Translations under genes and position numbers: made by a program
The notes under the pieces: generated by a model
What the model was told of the DNA's origin: nothing
Database searches by the model: none
The model's input: only the letters and a program-made list of their open reading frames with translations
In this document: one piece after another, positions 1 through 6,632 of the stretch
Layout: each line of letters begins with the position of its first letter
How positions within the stretch are numbered: position 1 is the first letter of the stretch
Origin: Octopus sinensis
Taxonomy: Eukaryota
NCBI RefSeq assembly: GCF_006345805.1
Contig: NW_021828698.1
Span: 1 to 7,925, forward strand
Direction of reading: 5' to 3'
DNA length: 7,925 bases

Positions 1-2
1 AT

Positions 3-512
3 CATGAAATACCACTTGCAGGTAACCCGGCAGAAGTTGATCCAGCCCCACCTTTATCCAATTTATTCAAACTTGAAATCTTCAAAGCCACTGTCGAACC
101 AATTCTACTATATGGCTCAGAAACCTGGACGTTATCAAAGAAGCTTGAGAGGCGGTTGGATGGAACTTACACTTGCCTCCTTATGAGAGCTCAAAATCTC
201 TCGTGGAGGCGCCATCCAACTAAAATGCAAATATATGGGAAATTACCACCTGTGTCATCTCTTGTGAAAGATAAGAGAGTCAAGTTTGCTGGACATTGTT
301 GTAGAGCTGAAAAAGAGGTAATTTCTACTATTCTCCTCTGGAAGCCATCTACTCGCAATACCAGAGGGCGCACACCCTCCTACCCTGATGTAATCTCCAG
401 GGATACAGGCATCCAGCAACAGGACCTCCGTAATGCCATGATGGACCGTGCAGTCTGGCGTAGCATGGTAAATTCCATTGTCTCGACCACGGTCGAACAA
501 TGATGATGATGA
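3..512 (+). mobile_element. 3' end of an RTE-clade non-LTR retrotransposon (LINE): reverse transcriptase C-terminal region plus (TGA)4 tail
   Basis: Frame 3 is open from 3 to the TGA at 501-503; the listed ORF 156-503 is only its 3' part. It reads ...SNLFKLEIFKATVEPILLYGSETWTLSKKLERRLDGTYTCLLMRAQNLSW...KRVKFAGHCCR...GRTPSYPDVISRDTG...DRAVWRSMV. The LLYGSETW, FAGH-x-x-R and DR-x-x-WR motifs are typical of the RTE-clade RT thumb/C-terminus. The stop is the first unit of a short tandem tail, (TGA)4 at 501-512, as expected for RTE 3' ends. Clear RT similarity starts near position 57. Confidence 0.92.
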
Positions 513-646
513 ACTCCTGTAACATTACTCTAGCAATAACTTTTCTATGCTTCGGGGTCTATCCTCAAACTTACTTTCGTATTTCTATGTTTTGCGGCAT
601 TTAATGAACGATAGCAAATTAATCACACCAGTTTCCACTATGAATG

Positions 647-693
647 TGTCACACTATTAACCCTAATGCGATAAAAGGGTTAATGGTGTGACA
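647..693. repeat. 18-bp inverted repeat with 11-nt spacer; core TTAA-CCCT...AGGG-TTAA (piggyBac-like ends)
   Basis: Left arm TGTCACACTATTAACCCT (647-664) and right arm AGGGTTAATGGTGTGACA (676-693) are complementary at 17/18 positions; the single difference gives a G:T wobble. Confidence 0.85.
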
Positions 694-863
694 TCTTCAC
701 ACATGTAATCATAATACTAATGTGTAAGTCCAGTATCTTTTTATTCAATATGTCCTTCAAGATGGCAAGCTCGTAGAATCGCCAGAATTTTGGATAAAAA
801 TGCGTCATGGCAATTCATTTCGAATCTTTAGGAACTGACTTCAAGAAATTATTAATTATTTAA

Positions 864-1205
864 TGAGATGATGATGATATTGAACATTTTGATGAGCCTG
901 CTGCTAAGGAATATGATGATGATAATGATGATGATGATTATGGTCATGATGATGCTGATGATAATGACTAATATAATAACGATGGTGACAATGATGACAA
1001 TGATGATGATATAGCCATGATTATACTGATGATGTTAATGACTAAAATGATGATGATGATGTTGACGACGACGACGACCATGATGATGATGATGATGATG
1101 ATGATTATGACGGTCATGATAATGCTGATGATAATAATGACTACTATGATGATGGTGTTGATGACTATGATAGTGACCGATGACGATGATGATAATGATA
1201 ATGAC
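864..1205. repeat. Degenerate (ATG/GAT)n trinucleotide low-complexity tract with internal higher-order duplications
   Basis: Runs of GAT/GAC/AAT triplets throughout. It accounts for ORFs 968-1309 (-) and 1017-1253 (+). Confidence 0.95.
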
Positions 1206-1226
1206 TTTGCTTTTCTACCTTTCGGG
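1203..1226 (+). mobile_element. Short relic of the central domain of the 4837-5252 SINE family, in opposite orientation
   Basis: GACTTTGCTTTTCTACCTTTCGGG matches the reverse complement of 4950-4973 (GACTTTGCCTTTCATCCTTTCGGG) at 21/24 positions. Confidence 0.5.
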
Positions 1227-1763
1227 CTGAGAGAGAAATCTCTGATTATATAAGCGGCTTTGCATGTATTGGAAATCATTTTTGTAAGTAATTCTCTATT
1301 ACACTGCATATTTCTCTACATGCTATGGTTGTTGTTATTACTGCTTTTGTTTTTGTTTTTTTATACTAACTTCCTGGTGGAGCAGACGTATGTATCAAGA
1401 GATTTCTGCCTTAATTATAGAATAGTAATTTATGTAATTATTTCATGTATCCTTCATTTTGTAAGATGTAATGCTTAATTTAACTGAGTCTTTGCTGCTA
1501 TTTCCTCCAAGTCAAATGATAACATACAGACTCTTCCATCACTCTTTACAACACATTCCAGAAATCGGAGCCGTTGCATTTTTATCGATAGCGATCGATA
1601 CTGTTTGACCATTCAGCAGAGCAAGCTGCTATTTTGAAACAAAGAGAAAAACTGAAGAAAATAAACACAAAAAAAGGTGAAAAAGAAAAACGAAAAAAAA
1701 AAAATGAACAAGCAAGTCTTACAGATTTGTACAAAACTATCACCCACCACCATGTAAGTGGGT

Positions 1764-1819
1764 ACGACGTGGAGATGTCGAGATGCTACGATGCTGCGAA
1801 GCTAAGATGCTGGGATGGT
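1764..1819. repeat. Degenerate 8-bp tandem repeat, consensus NNGATGCT, about 7 units
   Basis: ACGACGTG GAGATGTC GAGATGCT ACGATGCT GCGAAGCT AAGATGCT GGGATGGT, in exact 8-bp register. Confidence 0.7.
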
Positions 1820-2148
1820 TGGAAAGAGAATACAAAGTAATATATTTAGCAGCTGCCTAAATATAGCAAACGCCCTCTCAGTGTTCAATATTTGTTATTG
1901 ATCTAAATATTGGCGAGCTGACAGGGAAGCTAATTAGCAAACGATTTTACTCCATTCTGCTGTTACAAGCTACAATTCCAAACAGAAAATTTAATTTGGT
2001 TTCCATACCTAATCTTCAAAGTCCCATAGAAGATATTCACGTTGAGAAGAAGAATTGGTAATTCCACCTTAATTTTCTTCGATAAAATTACCGTTGGACT
2101 CTGTTTGGTGGAAAATAGTCTTAGTGAGATAATAGAGAGAAAATTGGT

Positions 2149-2247
2149 TACACACAAACACTTACACACACACACACACATACACAGACATATAAAGATA
2201 TAGTTTATATATATGTGTGTGTGTGTGTGTGTGGCTGTGTGTGTTTG
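2149..2247. repeat. (CA)n followed by (TA)/(TG)n microsatellites in inverted arrangement
   Basis: CA tract at ~2149-2190 and TG tract at ~2214-2245, read directly. Confidence 0.9.
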
Positions 2248-2371
2248 ATAGTATACGTTAGGAACATATAAAGGGAAAAAACTTCATTGTTCCAAAGTAA
2301 TAATTGCTAATAATTAAATATGAACCTTGCTCAACTAATAAAAACATTATATTGACAAATTGAATTCTTAG

Positions 2372-2406
<35 letters not shown>

Positions 2407-2477
2407 AACACACACGCACACATACACACACATACTCACACACATACACACACATACGCACACAAATACATACACAG
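2372..2477. repeat. Imperfect (CA)n microsatellite
   Basis: Read directly; produces the CVCV portions of ORFs 2258-2524 and 2436-2753. Confidence 0.95.
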
Positions 2478-3032
2478 ATATAGATACAGATGTCTATGAC
2501 TAAGGTGCTGGCGAATGACCCCATTTAACATACAGCGTTTTATTCGTATATTTAAGTGGAAACTGAAGATTTGTGGACCGTAATTCTGTTTCATCTTCCG
2601 ATTATTCGAAAGATTGTCTACGGAGACCAACGTAACATTATACAGGAAACAATATTCGTAACGCATCGGTAAACAATTATACGCCGAGATATGATCGGCT
2701 GCTAAAACACCATTACAAATATAAATATATTCACGCATTTGCCTATCACACAAAAAGCATATTCCTAATTTACATACAACTAATCATTTTACAAAATAAC
2801 CCTTAATGTACAACTAAGCACGAAGTTGTGAAGCATACGAAAGCAAATAAGGTATCTCTTGCTGATAAGTATTTAATGTCAATTCAGTACATTGTCGTAA
2901 ATTTTGTATTTAAGTATGTATCTATATTTCGGGCACAAGAGCTTCGTTATTTCGGGATACGCTAGCTCAACCATTTCATATTAGATAGATATCCCTCACT
3001 GAATATTATTGAAAGTCCATGTATGCATGTAC

Positions 3033-3180
3033 ATATATATATATATAATATATATATATATTATATATATTATATATATATAGATATATATAATATATAA
3101 TATATATATAGATATATATATATATTATATATATATATAGTATCTATATATATCGTTATATATATACTATATATATACTA
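3033..3180. repeat. Imperfect (TA)n microsatellite
   Basis: Read directly. Confidence 0.95.
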
Positions 3181-3354
3181 GTGAATCCAAAAGGCAATAA
3201 CGCGAGGACGTGGAACAAGTACTGTATTATCAGACGCTCAGGAAAGGAAACAAAGGGGATTTAACGTTTCGAGCAAAGTTCTTCTTCAAAAATGGAGGGA
3301 AGTCTAAAAGAAGGGAAGACGGAGGACGAAAATCGCCAACGAGACACACACGGT
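3181..3354 (-). mobile_element. Interspersed repeat fragment, probably derived from a Penelope-like element (PLE) terminal repeat
   Basis: A higher-GC island between two TA tracts. The minus strand carries TTGAAGAAGAACTTTGCTCGAAACGTT, matching the TGAAGA...CGAAACGT signature of PLE ends. It resembles an abundant octopus repeat as I recall it (not searched). No RT or GIY-YIG coding sequence is present, so the class is inferred. Confidence 0.45.
3259..3293 (-). ncRNA. Degenerate minimal type I hammerhead-ribozyme-like motif, probably inactive in this copy
   Basis: Minus strand: ATTT (stem I) - TTGAAGA (CUGANGA box with C to U) - A - GAAC/TTT/GCTC (stem II, one mismatch) - GAAAC - GTT (cleavage triplet) - AAAT (stem I partner). 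Confidence 0.4.
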
Positions 3355-3379
3355 TATATATATAAATAGATATATATAT

Positions 3380-3540
3380 GATGGGCTTCTTTCAGTTTTT
3401 GTCTACCAAATGCACTCACATGGCTTGGGTCGACCCAAGGCAATAGTAGATGACAACTACCCACGGTGCCACGCACTGAGACTGAATCCGGAACCATGTG
3501 GTTGGTAAGCAAGCTTCTTACCACACAGCCGCTCCTGCGC
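3380..3540 (-). mobile_element. tRNA-derived SINE, family A (octopus-type), ~160 bp, with TA-rich tail at 3355-3379
   Basis: Minus strand starts GCGCAGGAGCGGCTGTGTGGTAAGAAGCTTGCTTACCAACCACATGGTTCCGGATTCAGTCTC. A-box-like CGGCTGTGTGG lies at 3531-3521 and B-box-like GGATTCAGTCTC at 3489-3478. The body ends ...GGTAGACAAAAACTGAAAGAAGCCCATC before (AT)n. It matches an abundant octopus SINE as I recall it; I cannot assign a formal family name (e.g. OK/OR1/OR2) without a library. Confidence 0.8.
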
Positions 3541-3542
3541 AT

Positions 3543-3566
3543 ACACACACACACACACACACAGAG

Positions 3567-3598
<32 letters not shown>

Positions 3599-3602
3599 CC
3601 AC

Positions 3603-3656
<54 letters not shown>

Positions 3657-3847
3657 CACATGTATATATACATATGTATTTATATATATACATATATGTA
3701 TATATATATATATATATATATTATATATGTAGGTATATACATACGTATATGTATATATATATACATATTTATATATATATATATAAATATGTATGTATAT
3801 ATATATATATAATAATCCTATATATGTATGTATATATATGTATATAT
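3543..3847. repeat. Compound microsatellite: (CA)n at 3543-3598, then imperfect (TA)n/(TATG)n
   Basis: Read directly; source of ORFs 3457-3693, 3466-3732, 3498-3812 and most of 3674-3928. Confidence 0.95.
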
Positions 3848-3939
3848 TGCTTCTTAAGTGATGGCCACATTACCTTACAAACACCTTGCCAACCTAACGT
3901 CCCTCCCCACACCATATTATGTACTTAAATGAATTTCTT

Positions 3940-3994
3940 GCGCTTTTTTTTTCTCTCGTTTGCATTTAAACTTCCTTATTTTTATCTCTACAGG
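3940..3994 (+). other. Candidate 3' splice acceptor (polypyrimidine tract + CAG|G)
   Basis: About 50 nt of mostly pyrimidines (...CTTCCTTATTTTTATCTCTACAG|GATAATT), with AG at 3992-3993. No transcript evidence. Confidence 0.35.
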
Positions 3995-4166
3995 ATAATT
4001 GAATCAGTTGCTAAGAATATATAATCATGCTTACTACGTCAGTCTGACATTTAAAAGGGGGAAAAAATAGAAATCAGCTATTTACAACAGCCTATTACTA
4101 TACTGTTAATTCTAAATGTCCCCGTGTGTTCAGCTAAAACCAAACATAGAAATATAAATGTAAAAA

Positions 4167-4258
4167 GATAGAGAGAAAGGGGGAAAGAGAGAGTCAGATA
4201 GATAGAGAGACAGGTAGACACACAGACAGTCAGAGAGAAAGGGATGGAGAAGATAGAA
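4167..4258. repeat. Degenerate purine-rich (GA)/(GATA)/(GACA) low-complexity tract
   Basis: Read directly. Confidence 0.8.
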
Positions 4259-4643
4259 GCGCTTGCACTTTGTTCTCAAATCATAAATAATCTTCCCTGA
4301 CATACTACACACACTCACAGGCAGCTGATACAAGCGGCCGTTTGTAATAACCTGTTAATCTAACAGTTAGTTTGTCGTTATTCTATTTAAAGTTACACAG
4401 GTTTTACATTATGAAATCTGGTTGCGTCTAAAAAAAGATATTTAAATTCGCTTCGTGAAGGACTTGGAGAAAACAAAATTGAAAGATAGAATATAAAATG
4501 AATTATCGTGGAATGGTTTTCATCTGAAGTTTTATAACATTAACGGTTTCATGTATGCCGTTTCTGTTAAATATTTCTTGCTAATTCCGGCACAAAGCCG
4601 ACAGATTTGAAAGGAAGGGGCAAGAAGATGCCAAGTCATATCT

Positions 4644-4709
4644 TATTTCTTTACTGTCCACAAGGACAGACAAACGGATTAAGTCAATTATATCGAGTCC
4701 AATGCGTAA
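4644..4709 (-). mobile_element. 3' fragment of SINE family B with a 27-bp internal deletion
   Basis: TATTTCTTTACTGTCCACAAGG-ACAGACAAACGGATTAAGTCAATTATATCGAGTCCAATGCGTAA aligns to the 3' part of the copy at 5021-5252, lacking the segment between two ACAAGG repeats. Confidence 0.8.
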
Positions 4710-4836
4710 AAATACGTTGGTGGGTAGCAAAGATTTTCAGCGTGCGTATTCGTGAAAGTAGCACTCCAGCATGACCGTAATCGAATGACTAAAGGAAGTT
4801 AAAGATAGATGTTGACATTTATGTGTCCATGCTTCT

Positions 4837-5020
4837 TATTTCTTTATTGGCCACAAGGGGCTAAACATAGAAGGGACAAACAACGACAGACAAAGGGATT
4901 GAGTCGATTAGATCGACCCCAGTGCGTAACTGGTACTTATTCAATCGACCCCGAAAGGATGAAAGGCAAAGTCGACCTCGACGGAATCTGAACTCAGAAC
5001 GTAGCGGCAGACGAAATACC
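4837..5020 (-). mobile_element. SINE family B, headless unit (B box retained, A box absent)
   Basis: Aligns to 5021-5202 with about 15 substitutions and 3 small indels by manual count (~90% identity). B-box GAGTTCAGATTCC on the minus strand at 4995-4983. Confidence 0.9.
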
Positions 5021-5252
5021 TATTTCTTTACTACCGACAAGGGACTAAACACAGAAGGGACAGACAAGGACAGACAAAGGGATTAAGTCGATTATATCGA
5101 CCCGTGCGTAACTGGTACTTTATTCAATCGACCCAGAAAGGATGAAAGGCAAAGTGGACCCGGCGGAATTTGAACTCAGAACGTAACGGCAGACGAAATA
5201 CCGTTAAGCATCTCGCCCGGCGTGCTAACGTTTCTGCCAGCTGGCCGCCTTA
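5021..5252 (-). mobile_element. SINE family B, full-length tRNA-derived copy (octopus-type)
   Basis: Minus-strand head AGGCGGCCAGCTGGCAGAAACGTTAGCACGCCGGGCG with A-box-like TGGCAGAAACGTTAG (5239-5225) and B box GAGTTCAAATTCC (5177-5165). Central GCCTTTCATCCTTTCTGGGTCGA...AGTACCAG block resembles a conserved SINE-superfamily core; I cannot name the domain with certainty. The 3' end is ...AAAGAAATA. Confidence 0.9.
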
Positions 5253-5253
5253 C

Positions 5254-5290
5254 CCATGCCTCTGTGTATACGTCCATGCTTCTGTGTATC
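5254..5290. repeat. Two copies of a 20-bp unit (CCATGCYTCTGTGTAT...); the first 10 bp are also the putative right-hand TSD
   Basis: CCATGCCTCTGTGTATACGT followed by CCATGCTTCTGTGTATC; a matching CCATGCTTCT lies at 4827-4836. Confidence 0.7.
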
Positions 5291-5530
5291 TGAATGTGTG
5301 AGTGTGTTGTGAGTTTGTGTATGTTAACGTGATTTTGTATAGGTACAAAATGATTTCGAATACAGTAGAAATCTGTTACGGATTATCAGATATAATTACA
5401 TAAAATAGCGAAATGGCCACATTCAAAATAACCATCGGGCTACGCTTAATGTAATCAGAAGATTATAGATCACCAAAAGTTTCTGTTCCAATTGATCGTT
5501 ATAAACGTCCTCACAGTGTAGATCAAATCG

Positions 5531-5552
5531 TATATATATATATATATATATA
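5531..5552. repeat. (TA)11 microsatellite
   Basis: Read directly. Confidence 0.95.
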
Positions 5553-5644
5553 CATCACTGTCTACACATTAGTATGCAAATATATAAATATATTTTGGTG
5601 TAAATGAAATTATACACGTATATCTATGTGTGTTTGTTCGATAG

Positions 5645-5711
5645 TCAGACAGACAAGCACAGACAGATACATACATACATACATACATACGCACATATAT
5701 ACGTACATATG

Positions 5712-5743
<32 letters not shown>

Positions 5744-5842
5744 CATACTTACATATATATGTATACATACATATATACGTAGACAGATGTATGGATAAAG
5801 CGAACGCTCACAGGCACCGATGCATATATGTGTGTATGTGTT

Positions 5843-5876
<34 letters not shown>

Positions 5877-5919
5877 GTATATATACCGACCTGGTATATA
5901 TATATAGAGATATATATAT
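5645..5919. repeat. Compound microsatellite region: (GACA), (TACA)n, (CA)n, (TA)n, (TG)n
   Basis: Read directly. Confidence 0.9.
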
Positions 5920-5929
5920 ATAGATAGAT

Positions 5930-5960
<31 letters not shown>

Positions 5961-5978
5961 CAGATAGATTGATAGATT

Positions 5979-6069
<91 letters not shown>

Positions 6070-6080
6070 TGATTGATAGA
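5920..6080. repeat. (GATA)n tetranucleotide array with a perfect run of 22 units at 5979-6066
   Basis: Read directly; gives the IYLS repeats in the minus-strand ORFs. Confidence 0.97.
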
Positions 6081-6178
6081 AGGATATAGATATAGAGATA
6101 TAGTATAGATATACATATATAACAAACAATGAAAGAAATTTCACCCATACGTTTCTGAAAATATTCACATTCGGACAC

Positions 6179-6225
6179 GCACACACACACACGCGCACAC
6201 ACGTATATATATACACATACATAAA

Positions 6226-6261
<36 letters not shown>
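6179..6261. repeat. (CA)n - TA-rich spacer - (TG)17
   Basis: Read directly; TG run at 6228-6261. Confidence 0.92.
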
Positions 6262-6263
<2 letters not shown>

Positions 6264-6350
6264 TGAATCTTGATGTCTGTGAGATAGTGCAGTATTGAAG
6301 GAATAAAGAAATAATTATCGACTTCGTGCTCTCTCTCTGTCTTTGAACAA

Positions 6351-6559
6351 TATATTATATATATAGATAATATATATTATATATATATATTATATATATA
6401 TGTATTGTATGTATGATATAATATATATGTATGTATGTAGTATGTATGCATGTATGTATGTTATCATATATATATATGTAGATATACATGTTTGTATATA
6501 ATAAAAATGTTTATATATATATATATACATATATATATATACATATATATATATACATA

Positions 6560-6608
<49 letters not shown>

Positions 6609-6632
6609 TGTAAGTATTATATATGTATATGC
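6351..6632. repeat. Imperfect (TA)n/(TATG)n microsatellite region
   Basis: Read directly. Confidence 0.92.

Noticed and set aside
4-500. ORFs 4-186 (+), 191-373 (-) and 255-500 (-)
   Set aside because: Alternate-frame or antisense shadows of the RTE reading frame.
968-1309. ORFs 968-1309 (-) and 1017-1253 (+), and an Asp-rich frame at 867-971 (DDDDIEHFDEPAAKEYDDD...)
   Set aside because: These are translations of the ATG tract. The Asp-rich frame is only 34 codons between two stops and frames shift repeatedly, so an acidic biomineralisation-type protein is not supported.
1583-1600. Small hairpin TATCGAT-AGCG-ATCGATA and similar short palindromes (5876-5887, near 6680, near 6760)
   Set aside because: Short palindromes are expected in AT-rich DNA and there is no supporting context.
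1634-1840. Lys-rich ORF and a possible 29-nt exon at 1725-1753 ending at GTAAGT
   Set aside because: The Lys run comes from an A-rich tract, and the acceptor at 1724 has no polypyrimidine tract.
2436-2753. 105-aa minus-strand ORF with about 75 non-repeat codons
   Set aside because: No recognisable domain, a TG-repeat C-terminus and a non-ATG start. Possible splice sites exist but nothing supports their use.
3478-3540. tRNA genes at the SINE heads (also 5165-5250)
   Set aside because: A and B boxes are present, but I cannot build a full cloverleaf and each head continues into a SINE body.
3354-3928. Overlapping ORFs on both strands rich in IY, HT and CV repeats
   Set aside because: Dinucleotide repeats lack stop codons in several frames; the rest is SINE sequence.
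4575-4808. Possible further SINE tail relics at ~4585-4621 and ~4758-4808
   Set aside because: The resemblance rests only on my memory of octopus repeats; there is no second copy in the window to verify against.
4809-4991. 60-aa ORF on the plus strand
   Set aside because: It is the antisense reading of SINE family B.
483-5101. LINE-SINE partnership suggested by TCGA-containing hairpins in both the RTE 3' end and SINE-B (GTCGAT-N3-ATCGAC)
   Set aside because: Only a 4-5 bp motif is shared and the 3' tails differ, which is too little to claim mobilisation by this RTE.
4644-5252. Repeat-spacer or CRISPR-like reading of the recurring TATTTCTTTA / GTCGATTA motifs
   Set aside because: The intervening sequences are homologous SINE bodies, not unique spacers, and the DNA is eukaryotic.
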